A stretch of 64,000 bases of DNA from Octopus sinensis (GCF_006345805.1 NC_042997.1:65286001-65350000); one strand, 5' to 3'. Positions 39,998 to 53,187 are shown, numbered from the stretch's first letter. The notes: generated from the letters alone by a model not told the origin. Translations and numbers: made by a program.

Positions 39998-40033
<36 letters not shown>

Positions 40034-40256
40034 AGAGAGAGAGAGATGTATATACATGTGTGTGTGTTTGTATGTATGTATTTGCGTTTATGTATATATG
40101 TATATGTGTTTACATATGTATATATGCATTTATACATATACCTACATGTATATATATATATATACATATATATATATCTGCATGTATGTATCTAGCTAAA
40201 GATATATATATATATATGTACGTGTGTGTGTGTGCTACGTGTGTGTGCGTATGTGC

Positions 40257-40318
<62 letters not shown>
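39960..40318. repeat. Compound (TA)n-(GA)n-(TG)n microsatellite field
   Basis: Direct reading. Confidence 0.95.
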
Positions 40319-40320
<2 letters not shown>

Positions 40321-42280
40321 TTGTTTTTCTGATATTTATTAGATGTTACTTATAGCTGTACAGAGATTTAACACTGAAACAATATTTTCTATTCCTGAAA
40401 ATCTAACTGTTTATCTCAAAATCGGTTATCGCACTCGTAGCTCTCGGTTAATATTGCTAAGTGTGGATCAAGTTGATGCACGTATGCTTATCTTCGTAGA
40501 TTTCCTGAGTTTTGGAGTAACGTAGAATAAGCAAAATATGTAAAAAGAATAACAAATTGACAAATTGTATTCAAGAAATTATGGTAAACACATAAGTCTT
40601 CCAGAAGTTAAAATACCTGAAATGTATTTGGAGTTGCATTTCTGTGGAAATGTATATTCGGAAAAAGGTGATTATTGGTTCATGATTGTATAATATTATG
40701 TGCATGTTCACAAGTACATTATGAAACGCCCAGATATTTGTAACAATTAATTTAATACAAAAGAATTTATGTATGTAGGCATAATGATAAAAAAATAAAT
40801 TCAGATAATAGCATATGAGAATGAATAATATATTAGCTGTTATCATCTTGGAAACCAACAATTTCCTCAGGTTTCGTAAATTAGTGAAATATTTATCCTG
40901 GTGTTTCAGCTACTTGGGGAATATTATTGATTTTGACCAAAGAGAGATTTGTGTTACTGCAAAAAGATTCTCTTTTTCAAATTAACGATTTCCGATATAA
41001 AATAACATCACTGTGTTGTCATCATTATTCTTTACAAAATTAATCAGTGATACCCTCTCAACTGATGAAGTCACCAAATCTTCATTTATTGTTTAAAAAT
41101 AGTGATTTCACTTACGCCCTCAAAACATATTAATAACGATATGGAGATTGTGTGTCCCGTTTTACCTTCTCTAAAACTTTGTTATTTAACTTCTGTCTTA
41201 AATATCCTGTAATGATAGATTTCACGTAAATGAATGCCGTTTTAAAATAAACTTACCAAAGCCGAGTGAGGCCTTTTCTCTTTACACAAACTGAAAAATA
41301 TTTAACGCAATTGTTCTCAAAGTGGGCAGCACTTCCACCTGAAGAAAAGTAGAGTGAGAATGGGGTGGTCAAAAGAGGATGATGGATGTAAAACAACAAA
41401 ATAATGGTTTAATTAGGTTAAGTTTTATTTGTAAAATACAGTTGTTTTGAACTACGGAGATGTACTTCCATAGCAAGTGACCTGGTCTTAGATCGTGTGC
41501 TGGAACAAAAACAATTGCAGCGCGGAAGGTGTTTATAAGCCATTTAAGAAACACACAAAATCTGTTAGATTCACTTCAACATTTAAATCTAATATGTCAA
41601 AACATCTTCGTCGCTTTGAGACCGCGACCTGTTAACTGACAAAATTCCATGCTTTTGCTGCAGAAAGTGATCTACGTTTATGGTGGCGAGTGAAGTGGGG
41701 GCACTGGGAATGTGACATGAGTGGTGAGAGGGCAGCAGCCTAAAAACACTCGGAATTTATAGATTTAACGAGTATCCAAGAAAATACACAACGATTATAT
41801 ACATCTCATGAGAAACTTATATTTGCAGAGGACTGTATCGGACGGGCTGAAGAATTCTTTATTTTGCTACTAGCAAACTCATGAGAAATTAATTGCCTTC
41901 TCACATTGGTCTTTATATCCGTAATGTTTATTACTAATCTCTGCAAAATTGCAAAACTGCCCAACTATGATCTACTTCAAATTATAGGATAGAAAATTTC
42001 ATGATACTGGAGGACATGTTATAAAAAATATGTTTTATACATCAAACAGATCAACGTAAAGAACTGCAATAGAATAAATCCTTTGATAGGTATATCACGA
42101 TAACTTATAATTGTATCATGAATATGAGTCGTTTTCAAAAGCAGAAACTTGGTGTGTAGTTTACTATGTAGGGTAAATACAGTTGAGAATAATTCCTATA
42201 AACCCACACACAAGCACATATGCACACACACAAACACACACACACGCGCACGCATGCACACGCACACGCACACGCAGATA

Positions 42281-42330
<50 letters not shown>

Positions 42331-42937
42331 TACATCTACATGTATATATAGATAGGTGCATACATAGACAGAGAGACAGATTATGTGTGTGAGTGTGTTT
42401 ATACATATATCATCAACATCATTACAATCTTCATATTTTTATATAGAAGGGAAATATATGTTTTTTGTTGCGTAGACGAATATGAATTTAAATGTGCACT
42501 TCAATTCCGTGAATGTCCATAGTGAAATTTGGAGATTCTTCTCTTTGATTGCATGCAACGTTAAAAAGGATTGGAGAGTGACTATATGTAAATATCAGAA
42601 GAAATGCATTGAAAATAATTCTTGATGCTATAAATGAATATTCAGACACTAACTAATGTATATATGAAAACGAAAAGCACTCTAGAAAATAACGAAAATG
42701 ATAGAAAATAACTGCAATGACTGGCAGAAAATTCGAACATTAAGGACAAAATATAATCATTTTCAATCAGACAACCAACGTATAAAGTCCTATTGAATGG
42801 TGCGAATATGGAGACTATTAACATTGCATTTGAAGTGTAATTCAGCTCCATGTCAGACTCCATATCTTTACTTGCGTATGCTTTTGGTTCAACAACGATC
42901 TTCATTTTCATTGCATATACATAAAACTATGAAATTT

Positions 42938-43377
42938 AACGTAAAGTATACTAGCCATCTCAATATGGCTAACCACTAAGGGTGGGTGTTACTGTAGCTT
43001 TTAGCCCCAGGAGATCATCGTCTCCAGCTCGCTTGAGGCACACTTTCTGTGCCCATATGATATTTGCAAAGGGAGGTCATCCCTCTCTCGTAAACCTAAG
43101 CGATACGCACGGACTTCGCCTCTTGTCAACGTAATCACCTGTTTTCGATGAAGAGAGACCTGTTTGCAACTATCTAGTTAATGTTTTTCCAGTAACCACT
43201 GTCACTAATTTCGAAAAACTGTCTGCAAGCAATAATGACATCCCTTTGCAAATATCATAAGGGCACAGGAAGTGTGCCTAAAGCCAGCTGGAAACGATGA
43301 TCTCCTGGGGTTAAAAGCTACAGTAACACCCACCCTTAGTGGTTAGCCATATTGAGATGGCTAGTATACTTTACGTT
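42938..43377. repeat. Inverted repeat with 143-bp arms inside an insertion flanked by a 13-bp direct repeat
   Basis: Arms 42938-43080 and 43235-43377 (about 7 mismatches by eye). ctatgaaatttaa at 42927-42939 and 43422-43434. Confidence 0.85.
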
Positions 43378-44599
43378 GTCGAGCGGTTACTGTTTACATC
43401 TCGTTCGGAGATTTATTATTGCTATGAAATTTAAGTATATCCGATATACGTCTTCATCAAAATCATAAACATACAAAAATGTGAATGTTCACAGTTTAGT
43501 AAAAAATATCTTATGTATCACTCAGCAAACTTTATCAAAATAAAGTGTTACTTTTCGGAATGTACTTCATTAAAGTGCCAAAGTATATAAAGTTTAAAAA
43601 TATATCATGATACATTTGAGAGTAGCATGACTAGAAACATAAAGAGAATAAAATAATCTAACAATAACTTTTTAAAAGTAGATAACGTGAGAAATACATA
43701 TGAAATGGACAATAACTTATAATTAATTATACATTACAAAATACCATTAAGAAGCAACAACAAGAAAACTTTGTATAGAACGTTAAGTTATATATATATA
43801 CTCAGGTTAAACTTAAGCGTCAAGCTTTAATACGTTGAACAGATTTGAAATATCCGGAAAAAGACATGCGCAACATTTAAGGGCCAAACAATATTTTTGA
43901 TTACTTCAATGACTAAATTAAATATCCAATTAAAATTAAATAAGTTAGAATTAGTAAAATTATATTTGTTGAAATACATATTTCGACTAAGATATGCTGG
44001 ATATATGTTGGTTTGTATCTAGAACATATAAAGGGGAGTATGTATTGTACTATGCCACTTGCTTGATTATTGCATGCCGATAGCAACATCGATGAATTTA
44101 GTAGTCCTTGACATTGCCACTGTTCGTACTAATGTCACCGATACGATATACAAATAATAATACATTAAGAGAAAGTTTCTTTGGTTATATTGGGTATATA
44201 AGAATAATGTATACGTATTTGATGGGAATATTTGATGGGAATATTATGACCGCAGTGATATTTCAAATTTGCTGGTTATTTTATACTCTACATGAGAGAA
44301 AATGACAGGATAGTGAAGAATCATTGCTTCAGATTTCAGAGCAGTAATGTCAGGCCGATAATAATTGTAAAGGCACATCCTAAAACCTTCTATGGACCTG
44401 CAAAGAGTCTGCTTCAGTATGGTACAGTATGTGGCCATTGTTCGAAGAAAATAGATCACTGGCTACAGGCCCACAAATGATAAGTGTAATACAGAATGTG
44501 CAATGCAGCAGTGTTTTCACAATTCCCTTGTGGCTATTGCAAATAGCTATGCCTCATAAGTTCTTCGACACCACAGCTCTACACAAAGAGATGGCAATT

Positions 44600-45110
44600 A
44601 TTGATGACTTGGTAATAGAGGAAATTGATGAAATATAAGCCATTGATGAAATTAACTTAAACTCAGCCACAAGCTCTGATGGATTCCTCGCAATCCTCCT
44701 AAAGAAATGCAAAGGGATTCTGGAAAGACCACCACAAATCCTCTTCCAAAGCTTCCTTGCAAATGGGAGGCTTCCCAGAAAGTTAAGTGAAAGAATATAT
44801 CCTATCCATAACGCGGGTAGCAGAGCAAATACTAAAAATTATAGGCCTGTTTCTCTAACCTCACATGTCAGTAAAATCATGGAATAGTCCGGTGGAAACT
44901 GATCATGTCTCTAAAAGATAATGACCTGTTCTTGACACCCAGTATGGAGTCCGCTCAAGAATAAACTTCCTTAAATAGCTTCAGTAGCAATATTACTGCG
45001 TGTCTGAAACAACTAATGAATAGCTGAAACTTGGGTGTGATATATCTCGATTTTTAAAGACCTTTTATTAGGATGGTCATGGGATTATATATCACAAGCT
45101 ACGGAGACTA
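44600..45110 (+). mobile_element. CR1/Jockey-group LINE RT N-terminal fragment
   Basis: NSATSSDGFLAILLKKC..KNYRPVSLTSHVSKIME..QYG..GVIYLDF..HKL across stops and frameshifts. Confidence 0.8.
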
Positions 45111-45625
45111 TCAAGTAGTTAGGAATTAACAATGGAGTAATCAAGCTAAAAGTGAAGCATATTTATGAACAATAGACTCAGTGTATTGTTCAACGTAGAG
45201 ACGATGAAATGGTACGAGGCAATATTCAAATGAAAATGGTGATATGGTAATAGAGGAAATGAGAATATTAAAATGAAATATAGTTAGAACAATAACCAGA
45301 GGTAAAACGATACGCAGCATATACTAAAGTGATCTTGTATACTTATTTCCAATATATTTCCTTGTAATAACGAAATAATTGCTTTGTTTGCTGCACGGAA
45401 TGCCTCTGAAGTTGTTTTGATCAATAGTTGCAACTGAAGTTCACGGGAGCAAACTTTTATAATAGGATATATATGGCTGTTTGCATTTTCATATCTTAAC
45501 TCAAACTTGAATGTCTTCTCATATAAGAGGTTTAACAATTCAAATGGAAGGTAGGACGTAAGCTTCAACGAATGTCAGATTTCCCTGTATTTTCCTTCCA
45601 AAGTGGTGCACAAAATAACATATAT

Positions 45626-45948
45626 TCTTTTATTCTTTTATTATTTTACTTGTTTCAGTCATTTGACTGCAGCCATGCTCGAGAACCATCTTTAGTCGAG
45701 CAAATAGACCCCAGGACTTATTCTTTGTAAGCCTTGTACTTATTGTATCGGTCTCTTTTGCCACTAAGTTACGGGGACGTAAACACACCAGCATCGGTTG
45801 TCAAGCGATGTTGGGGGGGGGCAAACACCGACACACAAACATACACACAAACACACACATATATATATACGACGGGCTTCTTGCAGTTTCCGTCTACAAA
45901 ATCCCTTCACAAGGCTTTGATCGGCCCGAGTCTATAGTAGAAAACACT
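45626..45948 (-). mobile_element. SINE family A, 5'-truncated
   Basis: Reverse complement of the family A core and tail. Confidence 0.9.
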
Positions 45949-46101
45949 ATATATACAAGATTAATCAGCCGAAATTGCTAAGATGATCTGGTTCTTGACT
46001 GATGACTGATGGCTTCGAATGTCCCGTCCTGTGGTTCTTGTGTCGTCTCCGTGGTGTTTCATGTTCTTGTCCATGTCTGTTAATTATTTTTACTGTTTAC
46101 C

Positions 46102-46143
<42 letters not shown>

Positions 46144-46183
46144 CGTGTGTGTGTGTGTGCATGTGTGTGTGTATGTGTGTGTG

Positions 46184-46217
<34 letters not shown>

Positions 46218-47329
46218 TGTATGTATGGATGTATGTATGCATGTATGTATGTATGTATGTATGTGTTTATGTATGTATTGAGCTATGTGTTTTCACACAT
46301 GAAAGGGGAATTACAGGAAAAAGGTAAAAGATACATAAAAGAAGCCAACGCGTGAAAATGTAAACGTAAAGGATAAGTTTTCCTACATTGTTTCATACAG
46401 GCGACCATCGTGCATTACAGGACGTGAAATTTTTTCTGAGATACTAATGAAATTGAACAATAATCCTGCGACAAAATATAGACACACACAACGGCACAAA
46501 CACACAAACGCACACCTTGATATGTTTGTATATTTTCATTTAAAAACTGGAGCCATAAGTAAAGCATATGTACTCAATTCATGAAGTAAAATAGAAGCAT
46601 TTATTTGATTTAGCTGATGGTTCTTACAAAACTACACGTTTCCTTCAGTTTTAAAAAATCTGGGGTGAAACACGTGTGCACTGCTGTAAAAGGTTGAGCT
46701 TGGAGAAGGAAAAGTTGTGGATAGTAGAATATCATTGACAAATGCCTCGTCTGTATCTATTATGTAATTAGTCATGTAAAAATGTGAGCGGTAGAGAGAG
46801 AGAGAGAGAGAGAAGATAGTATAGTTCAAAAAGTTTTTGAAAGTACTGATAAGCATTTCGGTAGCATTGAAATCAGAAAGTTATGAAGGAAATTTAAGAG
46901 GAGTGAGAGAGTGAGAATGGTAAGAGATATTAACTAAAACAAAACAAATAAAATAAAATATTCAAATTAGATCGTAAAAGGAGACAATGAAAGGGAGACT
47001 TAACATTAATCAATAAATACAGCAAATAAATAAAAAAAAATGTAATTCAAGTGGCTTCAACCCAATCCTTTGCCAGTTTTATGTGGTACGCTTCTACCAA
47101 TAACATAAATACATTTGAGTGGTCTTTGGCTTTCGTTAAGTTGCCAAAATATCTCACATGCTACTGCCTGGTGTGTTCAATATGATAACAATGGCCAGTT
47201 AAATCTCCCTGCCCTGAGTAATAGTAAAACAATAGAAGGAATGCGTCCATAAATCATCTTTTGGTCTTATGTTCCCCACATGTAATGTTTCAGTCTCTCA
47301 TACGAAAGCGTGATGTATGCAGGCGTATT

Positions 47330-47700
47330 GTTGAACTATGATATACTAACTAGATAGGTTGGTATAACCCATGAAGCTTTTTGAGAAGCACCGACGGTTC
47401 AACTACCGAGTTTCCAACAAAAGCAGAATTTCTTCAGAGGGAGATTCTATCCCTTTTTAGTCTTTGCCATTGCTGTGGACTATACTAGAAGGGAACGTTT
47501 TGAACTCATCCAAGAGAAAGGACTCTCTATCAAGCAGAAACGATGGCAATGACAGGAAAGCATGTGTTTCTCTGACCTTGACTAAACTGATAGTCTTGCT
47601 TTCATAGCTGATCGATTTGTTAACCTCACTTGGGAATGCTGCAGACAGAATACACGAGCATCAATAAATATATCAGCGAGGGACATATACTAGACTAAAT
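47330..47700 (+). mobile_element. RTE-clade LINE RT fragment
   Basis: TDGSTTEFPTKAEFLQ..PFLVFAIAVDY..DLD*TDSLAF corresponds to the RTE G.LQGD.L.P.LF..V+DY and DLD(F/Y)ADD motifs. Confidence 0.6.
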
Positions 47701-49796
47701 GAATTAATAGTTTAGAAATTTCATCATGATTATCATCCATTGGAAAAATATTGGAAGATGATGCGAAAAAGTTAAGTTTTAAATAAATATGATAATACAA
47801 AAATATGTAGGCGGTAAGAATGTATTGAAGGGTTTTCGATTTATGAAACAACTGCAGGTATCTTTAATAACTTAAATGCTAATCATAAAAATTATTAACA
47901 TTGTAATAATAAACAAGGTTATCACTGACATGGATGTTGATATTACTTTTCATGCACAGAAAGCGATGATCTGCTACGACGTGCTATCTTGATAAATAGA
48001 ATTTCTATGTCGGTTTGAGTGTGAATTACTCATCGTAAGTTAACGGCTTCATCGGAGTTATTTGATATCCCACATTACGAATAATTCACAAGCATTTTAT
48101 TCAAATTCAATCCACAAATGTAAGGAAGAAGCTTTTCACTATCAAATGATTTTATAATGAATTGTAAATGTTTAATACATATTTCCATTTAAAGTACATA
48201 GCTATTATTCAAACGTCAAAGAGTAACCTAATTAACCGCAGACAGGAATTAGTGGTACACTGTTAGAATTTCTATAATAAATCCTTCAGCAGGCTCCCTA
48301 GATAATTGCCATCTCAATAGTGAGAGACAATGGACAAAACGGATATAATGCCTAGAGGATAAATGCAGGTTATCTAATATAGATTTGATTTTATTTTATT
48401 GTATTATTCTATTTACTTCATATTTTAGTTTTATTTTATTTTTGCTTTACCTTTAGCCTAACATTTTCTCTCTAGCTTCCCATTTAATACAGTTGCCCTC
48501 TAGTATTTTCATTCCATTTACCCTTTAATTGTTTTCCCAATAAACTTCACTCCCAATGTGAGATAATAGTAAATTACCTAATATTAAATATTTACGCTGT
48601 CTATGGGAGTAAGTGGCCAATATCAAATTTCAATACTCTATATGAATAGTATCTGACCTGAAGACAATGTAAATATTTTGAGAGTGATGTCCAAATTAAA
48701 CACACTAATGTTTTTAATACTTCCTGTCTTTGGTCCCTAGCTATCGTCTACCCCTTCCTGTCTTCATTCTTCCATCCCTTGCCTCCCGTCGGGCTATTCT
48801 TTCTCTTCGTTTTCTTCATTGCTCTTTCCTTTTGCTCTTCTTTCCCGCTCATCACTTAGTTTTCCCTTTTTCTCTTTATCTCTCGTCCACTCACCTTGTT
48901 CTTATTGCCTGTTTTCGCTCATGTTCTGATTGGTTTTCATCAGAATAGTATGACTCCGGAAGTGATAGCATTAATTCTTTAATGTCGTTCAATTTTTCTC
49001 AACCGATCAATGAACAGACCTATAATGAATATCGGAAACAGTTATAAGTCAAATTTGCTGTAATAAAGGAATAAGTAATGACCATTACTTATAAGGTGCC
49101 TTGTTTCACTTCAGAATGCAAACTATAATCAGCGCGTTTGCAAAGAGTCATGTTTTATCGCAAAATATAAACCCCTTTTGAATGCCCCCTACAGATGACA
49201 CTACTACAAGGGCCTTAGAATAACACCCACGCAAATATTATAAACGATATATTCAGAGCAGCCACTACCCACGATTTTATTCAAAGCATTTCCAATCACT
49301 ACTGCTATAACCACAACAGATCACTTGTAAGTCCCTTGGCCATTTAAGAAGGCTCTACCAACAGTTTACTACCGTCATACCACTTCCGTCTTTATCTTCT
49401 TTATCTTCTTGTCCTCCTCCTCCTCCTCCTTCTTCTTCTTCTTTCCTTCGCCGTCTCCTTCCTCGGCTACTGCAGCTTGAACAATCAAAATCCAGAACCA
49501 ACACCCCTCATGTTAAATATTTCTTCAGATCTGCTATTAGCCACCTACCGAGCCATCTCAAAAGTAAAAGAGAGAGAGAGAGAGAAAGAAAAAAATGAAA
49601 ATGTCCCACATATTTGAAAACTATGGAAAAATTTTAAAACAACACTTCACTTAATTTTTCCATATTTTAATTGTTTTCCATGCATCTTTTAAATTTGTTT
49701 TCCAAGTTGGAAAAGTCGCAAAGACTGGAACCGGTAATTCTTAATAAAATTATTTTAGCATTTTCTATCTGGTCCTATTTTCCTTATACATATCAA

Positions 49797-49882
49797 GAAG
49801 AAGAAGAAACAGAAGAAGAAGAAGAAGAGAAGAAGAAGAAGAGAAGAAGAAGAAGAAGAAGAAGAAGAAGAAGAGAAGAAGA

Positions 49883-49931
<49 letters not shown>
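49797..49931. repeat. (GAA)n-(GTA)n trinucleotide array; (GTA)n resumes at about 50393-50449
   Basis: Direct reading. Confidence 0.95.
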
Positions 49932-49934
49932 TTG

Positions 49935-50392
49935 AGTGAGAGAGCAGTTCATGCCATCAAAGTGACACTGGGGTAAAATATACGAAGCCCAATATACCCA
50001 TCATGACTACCCGTCTGATAAAGGTACACCAGGCACATGCATCACAACCATATGTGCGCGACATGGTGATCTCATATCAAGATAAACAGCACATGACCTT
50101 GCAGGTGGGGCCCAGTTAGAATTTTCTTCAGGTTGAGTAGCCCATCCCGCTCAAACGGTCCCTGAATAAGGGTTGTTTAAGGATGTTGAAAGAACCACCG
50201 ATGTTTCCAGAGGTGAACTATTCAAACCCCAAAGAATCCCTCTCAACACATGGTTATGATGCTCCCCCACTACTTCTGCTCGTGGTCAGAGATGCACATA
50301 TCGTCAGCCACTAAGGGACATGCTCAACTGGTTAAGGTCAAACAACTGACAAGCAAATCTGTGGTATTGATTATTATTATTATTATTATTAT
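49935..50392 (+). mobile_element. Interspersed repeat with (ATT)n tail, probable LINE 3' end or long SINE
   Basis: High-complexity block of about 435 bp ending gtggtattga(tta)n, with (GTA)n on both sides. Resembles an abundant octopus retroposon tail (recalled, unverified). Confidence 0.55.
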
Positions 50393-50449
<57 letters not shown>

Positions 50450-50969
50450 AAAAAGGAGGAGAAGGAGACAGAAATTGTATGACGTAATAGTAGAAACTGA
50501 CCGTGGAATCTACTTTAATGGCCAAGCGACCTAAAATCGCGCTGTTGTGGTTGTAGCAGTAGTGATTGGAACTGTTCTAAATAAATTCATGGACAGTGAC
50601 TGCTCTGAACATATTGTTTTTAATATTTGCATGGGTATTATTCAAAGATCCTTGTAGTAGTGGAAGCATTCAAAAGAGGTATATATTTTGTGATAAAATG
50701 TGATTCTTTCTTAATGCATTGTCCCTAAATTTATAAGAGGAGAAGATTCTAAAGTTGGGTTATTCATTAGTGATGCAAATGTCGATGTGTTAACTTAATG
50801 CGATTTTTCTATATTCCCGTAATTTAATCTGGGATCTATGTACGGTTATCCTCTAAATGTATTGCTCTCAAGACCCTCGGCAAGTTAACACATATATCAT
50901 GTTTTACGAAGCACATGTAAAGTTTATTTTTTCACAGTAAAACGTTAACTCTGTTTAAAGAACTCATAT

Positions 50970-51322
50970 GACGCATATACCACAGTTAGATCTTCCGTAT
51001 TTTTTTACTGTCAGTTTCGATGTTGTTGACGCGTTGACTCTGTTTGAAGGAGGTCTACGATCCCCCAAATAGGTTGACGCGTATACCACAGTTAGATCTT
51101 CCGCATTTTTCTACTGTCAATTTCGATGTTGTTGACGAGTGTACTTGGGCTTGTGTTAGAATACTTTTCATTGACTTGGGTTGTCTTTAGCTCCCTATGA
51201 TGGTGTGCGTTTGGAGGATTTGATTCATTCTATGGCCCTTTTTTAGTAAAGGAAGGTTCTGGAGGATGGTGTCGAAGGTCTCATTGTTTAGGGGTTGTGT
51301 GTAGATATGTATCATAGGGCTT
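50970..51322 (-). mobile_element. PLE fragment (post-RT linker with Cys motif), partly tandem-duplicated
   Basis: Minus-strand translation across frameshifts: TILQNLPLLK..RQPKSMKSILTQA..STTSKLTVEKCGRSNCGI, homologous to the linker of the large PLE. A roughly 65-bp segment (gacgcrtataccacagttagatcttccg..gatgttgttgacg) occurs twice. Confidence 0.6.
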
Positions 51323-51589
51323 TTGGAGAGGATGTATGAGAGATTGATCGAAGAGTGCGGGAAGAAGGGGTTGACAGTCGAATATCACCACCTGACAGTG
51401 GGGGCTAGAGACTTCACTGAAAGGAAAATGGCGACGTTATTCATAAGAAGATATGCATTTTCGAGCACAGAGCTGAATAAACAAAGAACGAGGATACAGA
51501 AGACAGTCGACAAAGCCAGCTTCTATATATGACTGAAACGAGAAGACCTGAAATGGCTCGAAAGCCATAATATACCGATTAGGAAATAG
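51323..51589 (+). mobile_element. C-terminal fragment of an RLE-type (restriction-like endonuclease) non-LTR retrotransposon, HERO-like
   Basis: YERLIEECGKKG..LTVGARDF....DKASFYI*LKRED..W matches the recalled KY..L..E....G...EVG.RGF...AS.WIW..R ending of RLE elements. Clade assignment is from memory. Confidence 0.5.
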
Positions 51590-51808
51590 CGTCGCTAGGT
51601 GAGGCTAGCTGGCACTTAAACAGAGTTGCTGCTTGAAAGGTGGACCGGATGAGCCATCTTGCTCATTGCACGCCCTCCTCCTCAATAGTTAAAAGGCTTG
51701 TACCACAAGACAGCTAGTCGGCTCTGGCTGCTGTAGCTGATACTAACACGACTCATTTGGAAGGTAGGTCAAGAGAGAGCGCGGGCCAAAACTGTGCGCC
51801 TTTCTCCT

Positions 51809-51890
51809 CCATTGGTCAGTAGAATGCTAGATTGAGTCACGTGATAGTTAGCTAGCGCTGGCTGTTGGAGCCTAGGCGAGTATATAAAGG
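51809..51890 (+). promoter_or_regulatory. Compact Pol II promoter-like motif cluster
   Basis: ATTGG (CCAAT) at 51811-51815, TGAGTCA (AP-1) at 51833-51839 overlapping CACGTG at 51838-51843, and TATATAAAGG at 51881-51890, in a CpG-containing patch. Activity not shown. Confidence 0.35.
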
Positions 51891-52933
51891 GAAATTTGCC
51901 GTCGACATCTGTCGACGCTGCATCGAAGAAACCAAACAAAAAGGCAAAGGAAAAAATAAAAATAAAAACGTACTCAACACCAGAACTGAAAACACCTCCA
52001 AAAGTGGGGATACCCTCAACGTCGAAAACGGTAGAGGAGTAGGGGCGGAAACCAGACGTGGTCCTTCCTGATAATGTTCTTAGACATTGGATCCTTTAAA
52101 GGAGGTGATAAGGTAGCGAACCACAAAACGTGGTTGGAATTCCTCAACTTCAGAATGCAACCTATAATCAGTGCATTTGCAAAGAGTTATATTATAACGC
52201 AAAATATAAACCCATTTTTGAATGCTCGAACAACAGATGACACTCCTACAATGGCCTTAGAATAATACCTACAAAAACTATATGTTCAGAACAATCGCTA
52301 CCCATGGATTTATTTAGAACTGATCCTACCACTACTGTTACAACCACAAAATGTAAATTGCAGGTCACTTGACCATTAAAGTCGATTCCACCGACAGCCT
52401 GTACCACTCCCGTCTTTTCCTCTTCTTCTTTTTCTTCTCCTCCTCCTCCTTCGTCTACCTTTTCTCCTTCCTTTTCTTCTTCTTCCACTTCTCCTTCTCC
52501 TTCTTCTTCTTTCTCTTTCTCCTCTTTCCCCTCCTCCTTCTTCGCCTTTTCCTTCCTCGGCCGATGCCGCTTAACCCATCAAACTTCAGAACCAAATATT
52601 TCTTTGCCCCCACGAACACTATGTTTTCAGATCTGCTACGACCTACCGAACCTTCACGAAGGAAAAGAGAGACTGACAGAAAAAAAGAAAATATCCTACC
52701 TAATTGAAGATTATGGAAATATTTACAAAAATTTACTTTATTTTTTCTTCAATGTAATTATTTTTCTTCTTAATTAATATCCGCTTTCGTTTTACTCTTA
52801 GTTGAAAAAGTCCAAAAGACTGAAACCGGCACTAATCGTTACAAAATGTATTTCGTGATAAAATTATTTTAGCTATTTCTACCTTGTCTTATTTCCTTAT
52901 ACATATCAAGACGTCTGTTACTCTTCAACCTTC

Positions 52934-52993
<60 letters not shown>

Positions 52994-53039
52994 GTATACT
53001 TCTACATGGGGTTAAACATAGAGGGGAAAAACAAAGAGA

Positions 53040-53187
53040 TTAAGTTGATTACATTGACCCCAGTGCGTAACTGGTACTTTATTTATCGACCCCGAAAAGA
53101 TGAAAGGCAAAGTCGGCGGAATTTGAACTCAGAACGTAACGGCAGACGAAATACTACGCATTTCGCCCGTGCTAACGATTCTGCAGC
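53040..53187 (-). mobile_element. SINE family B
   Basis: Reverse complement of family B (gaatttgaactcagaacgtaa..gctaacgattctgc). Confidence 0.88.

Larger units (their letters stand above)
49108..52911. repeat. Three diverged local copies of one non-coding element: 49108-49798 (+), about 50455-50715 (-), 52147-52911 (+)
   Basis: Shared blocks acttcagaatgcaa..tttgcaaagag..caaaatataaa..ttttgaatgc..ttagaataa..gttcagagcag..ggccatt. Copies 1 and 3 also share the 3' block aaaattattttagc..tttccttatacatatcaaga. Confidence 0.8.

Noticed and set aside
48925-48964. CCAAT plus ETS site (ccggaagtg) promoter
   Set aside because: Isolated short motifs expected by chance in 64 kb; no supporting context.
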